From positions 1-52,254 of IMG/VR virus record IMGVR_UViG_3300024344_000020: 52,254 nucleotides of DNA. One strand, 5' to 3'. Every line of letters begins with the position of its first letter. The first letter of the stretch is position 1. The stretch is from a virus (lineage: Duplodnaviria > Caudoviricetes). The translations under genes were made by a program, and so were the position numbers. Positions 44,356 through 52,254 of the stretch are shown piece after piece. The notes under the pieces are model-generated. The model was given only the letters and a program-made list of their open reading frames with translations. It made no database searches and had not been told where the DNA came from.

Positions 44356-45294
44356 ATGGGCTTTGAAACAGGCGCATCAATGAACTTCGACCCAGCCATT
44401 ACGGGGCAAACAAACTCGTCTTGGTTACCAGAAGTTTTTTCAAAGAAAGTACAAGTTGCTTTCCGTAAATCAGCAGTAGCTGAAGCAATCTGTAACACTG
44501 ATTATATGGGTGAAATCGCTCAGTTCGGTGATACAGTTAACATCATCAAAGAGCCACAGATTAGTGTAAATGCTTATACTCGTGACTTAGCATTGTCAAG
44601 TACTGACCTTACTGATGAAGAATTAGTTCTTCAAGTAGACCAAGCGCAATACTTTCAATTTGAAGTTGATGACTTAGAAGCACGTTTCTCACACGTAAAC
44701 TGGCAACAGATTGCGTCTGATAATGCTGCGTATAAGTTAAAAGACTCTTTTGATAGTAACGTACTGTCAGCAGCTGTAACAGGTGCTACAACTAATACGT
44801 ATGGTTCTGCGTCAGCACCTATTGATGTTGGTCACGACTCAGGTGAAGTTGACCCGTTGAATGTGTTAGCACGTTTAGCTCGTCAGTTAGATGATAACAA
44901 TGTTCCAGAAGAGAATCGTTGGGTTGTTGCATCACCTTCATTCTACGAAGAGTTAGCACAGACTAGTTCTAAGTTGATGTCAGTTGATTACAATCAAGGT
45001 GACGGTGGTCTTCGCAACGGTCTAGTTGCTTCAGGTTCACTACGTGGCTTCAAGATGTATAAGTCTAACAATATGCCTACCGTAACAGGTACTGGTTCGT
45101 ACACAGGTGCTGCGTTACCTACTGTACTAGCAGGTCATATGTCAGCTATTTCTTGTGCACAGTCTTTATCTACTGTTGAGACAGTTCGTTCTACTACTTC
45201 ATTCCGCGACATCGTAAGAGGTCTATTGGTATGGGGTCGTAAAGTATTACGTCCTGAGTCTTTAGCACTAGCTACTGTACAAGTTTACGACTAA
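44356..45294 (+). CDS. Major capsid protein
   Basis: 312 aa; PEVFSKKVQVAFRKS...NTDYMGEI..FGDTVNIIKEP...DIVRGLLVWGRKVLRPE, recalled as the capsid type of HMO-2011-like marine podoviruses; AGGAG RBS, strongly biased codons. Confidence 0.92.
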   Translation: MGFETGASMNFDPAITGQTNSSWLPEVFSKKVQVAFRKSAVAEAICNTDYMGEIAQFGDTVNIIKEPQISVNAYTRDLALSSTDLTDEELVLQVDQAQYFQFEVDDLEARFSHVNWQQIASDNAAYKLKDSFDSNVLSAAVTGATTNTYGSASAPIDVGHDSGEVDPLNVLARLARQLDDNNVPEENRWVVASPSFYEELAQTSSKLMSVDYNQGDGGLRNGLVASGSLRGFKMYKSNNMPTVTGTGSYTGAALPTVLAGHMSAISCAQSLSTVETVRSTTSFRDIVRGLLVWGRKVLRPESLALATVQVYD

Positions 45295-45306
45295 ATCGTA
45301 ACCCTT

Positions 45307-45330
45307 AGAGAGTCCTTCATTGGGCTCTCT
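45307..45330 (+). terminator. Hairpin after the capsid gene (probable leaky terminator)
   Basis: AGAGAGTCC-TTCATT-GGGCTCTCT, weak U-tract. Confidence 0.55.
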
Positions 45331-45353
45331 TCCACATTATATAAGAGGAAAGA

Positions 45354-46265
45354 ATGGCAGATAATCAAACATACTTAGGATTAACTAATGAAATATTAGG
45401 TGAACTTAACGAAGTCCAACTTACCTCTTCTAACTTCGCTGCCGCTAAAGGTATTCAGAAGTTTGTTAAAGATGCTATAAACAGAGCGTACTTTGATATT
45501 GCCAACGAGAACCCAGAGTTCCCTTGGCTATCTACATCTTGTGCAGGCGTTGATAACCAAGAGTACGGAAATACTTTTGTAGATTCTGTAGCAGGTACTA
45601 GATGGTACTTCTTAAAGAAACACTCTAGTGGTTCTCACGGCACAGCTAAAGACTTTGGTCGTATTGACTGGGATAACTTCTACCTGACTACAGAAGACGT
45701 AGGTACTTGTTCTGTTTTAGGTGTATGTTCAGACAGTACTTACACAACAGCTGACACTTGTGTAGCAGCCAGTAAAGTATGGACTGACTACGATACTTCA
45801 TCTACTTGTGTATCACCTAATACTTGGACAACAACACACACTACACCACACACCAGACAGAACTTAAAGTTCACAACAATTGAATCTTGGCGTAAGCATT
45901 ATAGAGAGTCTGATGATAACGCTAAAGATAGTGGTGAGTATGGTCAACCTACTAAGGTAATTATGTCTCCGTGCGGTCGTAAGTTTGGACTCTCCCCGTT
46001 GCCAGATAAAGCGTACAGAATCTATTTCTATGCTTGGGAACAGATTAATGAGTTAGAGAACGATACAGATACTGTACGATACCCAGAGCAATGGACAGCA
46101 GTCTTATCAGCTAGAGCTCGCTATTATGTGTGGCAGTTCAAAGAGAACATCCAACTAGCGGCATTAGCGCTAGACGAATATAAGAAAGGCATTAAACTTA
46201 TGAAGGCTTATACTGGTAAACCACAGCCTTCAATAATGACTGACGATAGAATAAGGTTCGTATAG
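45354..46265 (+). CDS. Head-tail adaptor (tail tubular protein A-like)
   Basis: TYLGLTNEILGELNEV start, FGLSPLPDKAY; position immediately after the capsid gene; Cys-rich insertion. Confidence 0.75.
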   Translation: MADNQTYLGLTNEILGELNEVQLTSSNFAAAKGIQKFVKDAINRAYFDIANENPEFPWLSTSCAGVDNQEYGNTFVDSVAGTRWYFLKKHSSGSHGTAKDFGRIDWDNFYLTTEDVGTCSVLGVCSDSTYTTADTCVAASKVWTDYDTSSTCVSPNTWTTTHTTPHTRQNLKFTTIESWRKHYRESDDNAKDSGEYGQPTKVIMSPCGRKFGLSPLPDKAYRIYFYAWEQINELENDTDTVRYPEQWTAVLSARARYYVWQFKENIQLAALALDEYKKGIKLMKAYTGKPQPSIMTDDRIRFV

Positions 46266-46268
46266 GAT

Positions 46269-48218
46269 ATGGCAGTAGAACAAGGAATAGCAATATCAAT
46301 TGGTGGTGGTCTTGATAAGACCTCTTCATCTTATGACTTGTTTAAAACTCCTGGTGTTGCTACACGTTTAAAGAACTTCGAGGCATCTCTTCACGGTGGT
46401 TACCGTAGAGTAAACGGCTATCGTAAATTCTTATCTAGTCCTGTGATAAGCGTTACTATAACGGATGGTGGTACGGGATATGACGCAGGTACAACTGTAG
46501 CATTCACTGATGAAGACGGTAACGGTAGCGGAGCAGCAGGGACAGTTACAGTTGTTTCTGGTGTTATTACAGCTGTTACAGTTACGTCAGGTGGTACTGG
46601 ATATCAAACACCGCCCACTATATCTTTCCACTCTACGGGAAGCCCTGTAGATAAAGCAGTAACGGTAGCGGTACTAAATACAGAGCTAACACCTTCTGGT
46701 GGTACAACGCCTATTAAAGGTGTATATGCTTATGCCGAGGGTGGTTGGGCTTGTCAGAACGGTAACATTTATTGGTCTGAGGACGGTTACACTTGGGCAC
46801 AAGTTAATAAGGACTACGGTACTTGTTCTTCAGGCGGACATACTACACAGCAAACGTGCGAGGAATCTAACGCCACTTGGACAGCTGATTGGGCGACTAC
46901 TACAGATTTATCTACAGCAACAGCTGTATCCCTAAACACAGATGGTAGGTATAACTTTTCAGAGTACATCCCAGCTTCTGTACCTAACGCACGTATCACA
47001 GCAGTTAATGGCGCTGACGCTCCAGTATACTTAGAGACTAAACTAGATAGTGGTGTACGTAAATTTAAGTTCTATAGAGGGCTATATGACGCGTTCGGTT
47101 TATCTAAGTCTACGCCAGTGTATGCTGATATCCCTAAACCACAATACGTAACAACTCACGATGACCACACGGTTATTGCAGGTTGGACAGATAAACCTGA
47201 AACGTTATATTATAGTACTCGTTACGATGACGCAGACTTTACAGGTGCTTCAGCAGGACAAATTAATACAGGTGACGAGCTAACGGGCGTAAGAACTTTC
47301 CGTAGTGAGCTCGTAGTATTTGGTAGAAATAGTTTAAGTAAGTTACTAAACATCAGCAGCAGTACCAACATTTCTCTAGTGGATATCACAAAGAACATTG
47401 GTTGTGTAGATGGTTTTTCTATTCAGGAGATTGGCGGTGACCTAGTATTTCTCGCACCTGACGGTATTCGTACAGTGGCTGCAACAGCCCGTATTGATGA
47501 TATTGAGTTATCCTCTATCTCACACAAGATTCTACCTATCATTAATGATATCGTGAATAACATTCATAGATATGATTTATCTTCAGTTGTTATCCGAACA
47601 CAGAATCAATATAGATTATTTTACTGTAACGCTACTACAGGTAAGCTAGCACAGAAGGGTGTTATCGGCACATTTAAGATTAGTCCTCAAGGTTTACCAG
47701 TATGGGAATGGGCAGAGACACAAGGTATTTCGGTATCTACATTAACTTCTGGTTTTGACAGTCGTAACGTAGAGAGAGCGTACCACGGTGACTACCAAGG
47801 TTATGTGCATATGCATAACGTAGGTAGTACATTTGATGGTAGTCTTATCGATGCTGTATATAAAACACCTGATATTGACTATGGTGATATTGGTATTAGA
47901 AAGACACTACACTTTACTAAGTTATCTATCAAGCCAGAAGGTGAAACAGATATTAACTTAGATGTACGTTATGACTTTGAAGACCCAGAGATTCCACAAC
48001 CTGCGGTATTCCCTTTAGGTTCTATCTTAGCTCCTTCACTATTTGGATATGCTATCTTTGGTACATCTAAGTTTGGTACACCAGAAGTACCTATGAAACG
48101 TTTGAACTTATGGGGTAGTGGTTTCTCTAATAGCTTTAAGTTCTCAAGTAAAGACACACATCCACCGTACTCAATCCAGGGTATGTACGTAGATTTAATT
48201 CCATCAGGAAGGAGATAA
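46269..48218 (+). CDS. Tail nozzle (tail tubular protein B-like, beta-propeller)
   Basis: 649 aa beta-rich; NFEASLHGGYRRVNG, NIGCVDGFSIQEIGGDLVFLAPDGIR motifs; position after the adaptor. Confidence 0.8.
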   Translation: MAVEQGIAISIGGGLDKTSSSYDLFKTPGVATRLKNFEASLHGGYRRVNGYRKFLSSPVISVTITDGGTGYDAGTTVAFTDEDGNGSGAAGTVTVVSGVITAVTVTSGGTGYQTPPTISFHSTGSPVDKAVTVAVLNTELTPSGGTTPIKGVYAYAEGGWACQNGNIYWSEDGYTWAQVNKDYGTCSSGGHTTQQTCEESNATWTADWATTTDLSTATAVSLNTDGRYNFSEYIPASVPNARITAVNGADAPVYLETKLDSGVRKFKFYRGLYDAFGLSKSTPVYADIPKPQYVTTHDDHTVIAGWTDKPETLYYSTRYDDADFTGASAGQINTGDELTGVRTFRSELVVFGRNSLSKLLNISSSTNISLVDITKNIGCVDGFSIQEIGGDLVFLAPDGIRTVAATARIDDIELSSISHKILPIINDIVNNIHRYDLSSVVIRTQNQYRLFYCNATTGKLAQKGVIGTFKISPQGLPVWEWAETQGISVSTLTSGFDSRNVERAYHGDYQGYVHMHNVGSTFDGSLIDAVYKTPDIDYGDIGIRKTLHFTKLSIKPEGETDINLDVRYDFEDPEIPQPAVFPLGSILAPSLFGYAIFGTSKFGTPEVPMKRLNLWGSGFSNSFKFSSKDTHPPYSIQGMYVDLIPSGRR

Positions 48219-48222
48219 AAGA

Positions 48223-49875
48223 ATGGGAAATTCATATACGAGACAGTCATCTTTTTCTGATGGCGACACTATTAACTCAGGCTTATTCAACGATGAATAT
48301 GACCAGTTAGTACTTGCGTTTAGTAGCACAACAGGACACACACACGATGGTTCAACGGGTGAAGGCGCAGCTGTCACAAAGGTAGGTCCAGCACAAGATG
48401 TTATTGTATCGGGTACTACAGTATTACCTAAAACATCTAACGCTATTGACCTAGGCTCTTCTACTTATAAGTTTAAAAACGCTTACTTTGCAGGTAACAT
48501 TACAGCCGATGGCTCTATTACTTATAACGGTAACGTAGTCTTAGGTAGTGATGCTGCTGACACAGTAACGATTAACGGCACTATTCAAGGTGGTTCATTA
48601 TTATTTGAAGGTGCTACAGCAGACGCTCACGAACTTACGTTAGCTATCCCTAACGCTACTTCAGACATTACTGTTACGTTACCTAACGCTACAGATACTT
48701 TAGTAGGTAAAGATACAACAGATACATTAACTAATAAGACATTAACATCTCCAACTATCACAGGTAACACTACCTTTAGTGATGGTGCTTATGACTTTGA
48801 TATTGCATCTCACGATGGTACTAACGGTCTTAAGTTAGGTAGTACATTAGTTACAGCTTCAGCAGCTGAGTTGAATACTATGGATGGTATTACCTCTACA
48901 ACTGCTGAGTTGAATAAGCTCGATGGTTTTACTGGTGCTGTTGGTGACCTTAACTACGCTAAAGACTTAAACGCTACTGGAGTAACAACCTCTGAGTTTG
49001 ATATCTTAGATGGTCTAACAGCTACCACTACAGAGCTTAATTTGATGGATGGTGTCACAGCTACAACGTCTGAATTAAACATCTTAGACGGTGTTACAAG
49101 CACAGCTGCGGAACTTAATATCCTTGATGGTGTTACTGCTACAACTGCAGAGCTTAACATTATTGATGGTGTTACTGCTACAACTGCAGAGCTTAACATA
49201 ATGGACGGGGTTACATCTACCACAGCTGAACTTAACATAATGGATGGTGTGACATCCACAGCTACAGAGCTTAATCTTCTAGATGGTATAACAGCTATCA
49301 AAGATGAAGATGATATGACATCTAATAGTGCTACATCTTTAGCTACACAACAATCTATTAAAGCATACGTAGATGCACAAGTAGATACGGCAGATACGTT
49401 AGCTGAGATGACAGATACAACTATCACATCTCCTGCTGATAGCCACTTCTTAGTACACAACGGAACTAAGTGGGTCAACGAAACAGGAGCTACTGCAAGA
49501 ACATCGTTAGGTGTAGACGCAGCAGGTACAGATAATTCTACAAATGTTACCTTAACAGGTACTAGAGACTATGTTACAATATCGGGACAGGCGATTACTG
49601 TAGGTGAGATTGATATTGGTGATGATACAAACTTAGCAGCTGGTACAGGTATTACACTCACAGGTGATTCTCTATCGGTTGATTATGGTACGGCTGCTGG
49701 TACAGCGGCACAAGGTAATGATTCAAGATTATCAGATAGTAGACAATGTAACAATAGTTTTGATAGTGCTTCAACTTCAAGAACAAACTTAGGCTTAGGT
49801 ACAGCAGCAACTTCAGCCTCTACGGACTTTGATGCTGCAGGTGACGCTGTTGCTATGGCAATCGCTCTAGGTTAA
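48223..49875 (+). CDS. Tail fibre protein with 13-aa repeats
   Basis: N-terminal YTRQSS...FNDEYDQL...GHTHDG anchor; tandem TTAELNILDGVTA repeats; C-terminal AVAMAIALG. Confidence 0.8.
   Translation: MGNSYTRQSSFSDGDTINSGLFNDEYDQLVLAFSSTTGHTHDGSTGEGAAVTKVGPAQDVIVSGTTVLPKTSNAIDLGSSTYKFKNAYFAGNITADGSITYNGNVVLGSDAADTVTINGTIQGGSLLFEGATADAHELTLAIPNATSDITVTLPNATDTLVGKDTTDTLTNKTLTSPTITGNTTFSDGAYDFDIASHDGTNGLKLGSTLVTASAAELNTMDGITSTTAELNKLDGFTGAVGDLNYAKDLNATGVTTSEFDILDGLTATTTELNLMDGVTATTSELNILDGVTSTAAELNILDGVTATTAELNIIDGVTATTAELNIMDGVTSTTAELNIMDGVTSTATELNLLDGITAIKDEDDMTSNSATSLATQQSIKAYVDAQVDTADTLAEMTDTTITSPADSHFLVHNGTKWVNETGATARTSLGVDAAGTDNSTNVTLTGTRDYVTISGQAITVGEIDIGDDTNLAAGTGITLTGDSLSVDYGTAAGTAAQGNDSRLSDSRQCNNSFDSASTSRTNLGLGTAATSASTDFDAAGDAVAMAIALG
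48850..49295 (+). repeat. 39-bp (13-aa) tandem coding repeat, about 10 degenerate units
   Basis: Repeated T[ST]AELN[IL][LM]DG[VI]T[AS] units in the fibre protein. Confidence 0.85.
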
Positions 49876-49891
49876 TTAATAGGACATACAA

Positions 49892-50209
49892 ATGGCAAAT
49901 ACATTTCAAAGAGCGGTAAACGCTAACATAGGTACAACCCTAGAGGCGGTACACACAGCTACTACTAAGACAGTAGTCATTGGTTTAACATTATCTAATG
50001 TAACAGGTGGTTCAATCACAGCAAGTGTACAACTAGCTACATCAGGTGAAGACCCGTACATCATTAAGAACATTCCTATCCCATCAGGCTCATCAGTTGA
50101 GGTTATGGCAGGTAATAAGATTGTGATGAACAGTGGAGATATTATTAAGGTATCAGGCTCAGCAGCAACGTCTGTTGACGCTACGATGTCATATATGGAG
50201 ATAAGCTAA
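49892..50209 (+). CDS. Small tail-fibre-associated beta protein
   Basis: 105 aa; MANTF...VVIGLTLSN...GNKIVM..GD.IKV...DATMSYMEIS; AGGA RBS. Confidence 0.65.
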   Translation: MANTFQRAVNANIGTTLEAVHTATTKTVVIGLTLSNVTGGSITASVQLATSGEDPYIIKNIPIPSGSSVEVMAGNKIVMNSGDIIKVSGSAATSVDATMSYMEIS

Positions 50210-51537
50210 TGCCATACGTAGGAAGAACTCCAACAGCGTCACCTATTGACTCTAGTGATATTCCAGATAACAGTATTGATGCTTCTAAGATTGTAGATGG
50301 AAGTATACAAGCCGCAGATTTAGGTGCTGATTCAGTAGGGGTATCAGAACTAAGTGCTACAGGTACAGCCAGTAGTTCAACATACCTTAGAGGTGATAAC
50401 TCTTGGACTACGCCATCACTAGGCGGTCTATCAGATGCCACAACAACAGCAACATCTAACCTTGGCTTAGGCACAGGAGCAGTAGATAGTATTACTACTG
50501 GTGATTATAATGTGGGTGTTGGTGATAATGCTTTGACTGCTGTTACTACAGGTGGTCATAACACATCTTTAGGTTTTAACACTTTATTTAGTGTTACTGG
50601 AGGTGAAAAGAATACAGCAATAGGTAGAAGTGCCTTGTATGCTACCACTAGTAGTAATAATACAGGTATGGGTCACGAATCCCTTAGGTTTAACACCACA
50701 GGTTCTGACAACACAGCGGTAGGTTATCAAGCCCTTTATTCTAACACCACAGCTGGTGGTAACGTAGCAGTAGGTAAGGCTCTGTATTCAAATACTACTG
50801 GTGCTTCTAATGTAGCAGTTGGTTTTGCAGCATTAAATCTAAATACTACGGCATCTTATAATACTGCTATTGGTAGAGATTCTTTAAAGAGTAACACCAC
50901 AGGTTCTAATAACACAGCTACTGGTTACCAGAGTTTGTACAGTAACACCACAGGAGCTAACAATACTGCTGTTGGTTACAACGCAGGTGACAACATCACC
51001 ACAGGTTCATCTAATATCATCATTGGTTCTGGTGTAGATGCTATGAGTGCTACTGGTTCTAATCAGTTGAATATTGGTAATTGGATTAAGAAAGAGGGTA
51101 ACGCTATTGATTTATACCCCTCGGGTAGTAGTGATAGGTGTCTTAGAGTGGAGTCCAACGGCAAGATTATGGTTGGTGATGCAGGTAACACTGAGTTAGT
51201 CAGGCAACTTCATATTAGTTATTCTTATGTATCTGGTGGGGTCTTAACCTATTCCTTTAATTTTACAGACTTAGCACTACAAAACGGTGTAACTGATATT
51301 GCAGACAGAAACTCTTTTATGTTCTTCGTGAATGTGACCAGTTATCTAGGAAGATACATACACGGAGTAGCTATAGTTGATACTAATGCAGGTCACAGTA
51401 TAAGCTTTGCAACTCTTCATAACTCAACTTTAACAGCTAGTATGTCTATAAATGCCAGTACAGAGGTTATCACTCTCACGGTTAATGGGTTATGGGCTAA
51501 CAGTACTAATTTTATGGGTCGTATAACAGCGGCTTAA
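50209..51537 (+). CDS. Tail fibre/spike with NTTG-x-x-N-T-A-x-G repeats
   Basis: MPYVGRTP start; about 17-aa beta-solenoid repeats (NTTGSNNTATGYQSLYS); distinct C-terminal putative receptor-binding domain. Confidence 0.8.
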   Translation: MPYVGRTPTASPIDSSDIPDNSIDASKIVDGSIQAADLGADSVGVSELSATGTASSSTYLRGDNSWTTPSLGGLSDATTTATSNLGLGTGAVDSITTGDYNVGVGDNALTAVTTGGHNTSLGFNTLFSVTGGEKNTAIGRSALYATTSSNNTGMGHESLRFNTTGSDNTAVGYQALYSNTTAGGNVAVGKALYSNTTGASNVAVGFAALNLNTTASYNTAIGRDSLKSNTTGSNNTATGYQSLYSNTTGANNTAVGYNAGDNITTGSSNIIIGSGVDAMSATGSNQLNIGNWIKKEGNAIDLYPSGSSDRCLRVESNGKIMVGDAGNTELVRQLHISYSYVSGGVLTYSFNFTDLALQNGVTDIADRNSFMFFVNVTSYLGRYIHGVAIVDTNAGHSISFATLHNSTLTASMSINASTEVITLTVNGLWANSTNFMGRITAA

Positions 51538-51549
51538 TAGGAGAATATA

Positions 51550-51807
51550 ATGATTTCAGATTACTTAATAATGAACCAATTTCAGTTCCCACAGGGAGTA
51601 GAAGAAGAGTTTTTAATAGAGCGAATGAGAAACATCAGAGATGCCGAGCTAAAAGCAACGGACTTCTGGGCATTGGCTGATTTTACAATTACAGATGCTC
51701 AAAAAGAATATAGACAGGCGTTGAGAGATTTACCAAATAACTTTACACCTGCTATTGACGAGAATGGTCAGTTAATAATGACAGACTTTCCAACATTAAA
51801 CGCATAA
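51550..51807 (+). CDS. Tail fibre assembly chaperone
   Basis: RNIRDAELKATDFWALAD...YRQALRDLP signature. Confidence 0.85.
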   Translation: MISDYLIMNQFQFPQGVEEEFLIERMRNIRDAELKATDFWALADFTITDAQKEYRQALRDLPNNFTPAIDENGQLIMTDFPTLNA

Positions 51808-51824
51808 AAACAGGAGAAAGAAAT

Positions 51825-52052
51825 ATGCCAAATGAAGAAGTGGTACTAGATGTACCAACAGCAGAAGAAATTTCACAGCACTACTCAGCTATGCTTGACT
51901 CAGTAAACCTAATCAACGCTGGTAAGCCAGAGGATATGGATGACGCAGACTGGACAGATACAGTCAGTAGAAACCAAGAACACCTTACGCTTATGCTAGA
52001 GAAGGATTTCTGGACTGACGAAGATATGACAGCAGTAAACGCTGTACTATAA
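51825..52052 (+). CDS. Small acidic fibre-associated protein
   Basis: 75 aa; EEISQHYSAMLDSVNLIN...RNQEHL..ML.KDFWTDEDMT; AGGAG RBS. Confidence 0.6.
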   Translation: MPNEEVVLDVPTAEEISQHYSAMLDSVNLINAGKPEDMDDADWTDTVSRNQEHLTLMLEKDFWTDEDMTAVNAVL

Positions 52053-52082
52053 ATACATACATAATATTAAGGAGATTGAGTA

Positions 52083-52254
52083 ATGGCATTAACTAAAGTA
52101 ACCGCAGGGGGTTTACCTTCTCCTTTAACAACAGAGGTATCACTTGGCGATAACGTCAAGGCTAAGTTTGGTGCTGGTGATGACCTACAGATTTATCACG
52201 ATGGTAATCATTCTTTTGTTCAAGATACTGGCACAGGTAACTTATATATCAGAG
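52083..52254 (+). CDS. Tail fibre protein, N-terminal part (3'-truncated by window edge)
   Basis: MALTKVTAGGLPSPLTTEVSLGDNVKAKFGAGDDLQIYHDGNHSFVQDTGTGNLYIR; AGGAG RBS; the GDDLQIYHDG motif is typical of marine phage fibres. Confidence 0.7.
   Translation, partial: MALTKVTAGGLPSPLTTEVSLGDNVKAKFGAGDDLQIYHDGNHSFVQDTGTGNLYIR

Noticed and set aside
48223-52254. Diversity-generating retroelement acting on the fibre genes
   Set aside because: No reverse transcriptase gene and no template/variable repeat pair differing at adenines were seen.
1-52254. tRNA genes, integrase, alternative genetic code
   Set aside because: No cloverleaf with a T-loop consensus was noticed by eye, no tyrosine or serine recombinase catalytic motifs were found, and core genes are full length in the standard code. 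A tRNAscan run would be needed to exclude tRNAs formally.

Overview
This window is most of the genome (circularly permuted, about 52 kb, AT-rich) of a lytic-looking marine podovirus. It has a T7-like replication module (family A DNA polymerase, primase-helicase, SSB, class Ia ribonucleotide reductase) but no recognisable phage RNA polymerase, integrase or endolysin. There are two arms. A minus-strand early/replication arm (about 36,140 down to 13,889) and a plus-strand packaging/virion arm (37,119 to the window end, continuing at 1 to 13,923) diverge from an AT-rich control region at about 36.2-37.1 kb and converge at about 13.9 kb. Both arms carry near-consensus sigma70 promoters. A single-cysteine DsrC/TusE gene and Fur-type boxes suggest a gammaproteobacterial, possibly sulfur-oxidising (SUP05-like), host (inference). 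The most interesting unexplained signals are: (1) eight copies of a [GSA]-[FY]-x-x-G-G-x-hydrophobic peptide motif shared between a 2271-aa multi-domain virion protein and the 435-aa protein encoded between portal and scaffold, suggesting a tagging/processing system for packaged cargo; (2) a type II hammerhead ribozyme in the early transcript; (3) four Fur-box-like operators at the divergent control region; (4) five copies of a 15-bp palindrome in the early region; (5) a compact H-type pseudoknot upstream of the nucleotide-metabolism genes; (6) a gene overprinted on the portal 3' end. Product calls come from motif recognition only; no database searches were run.
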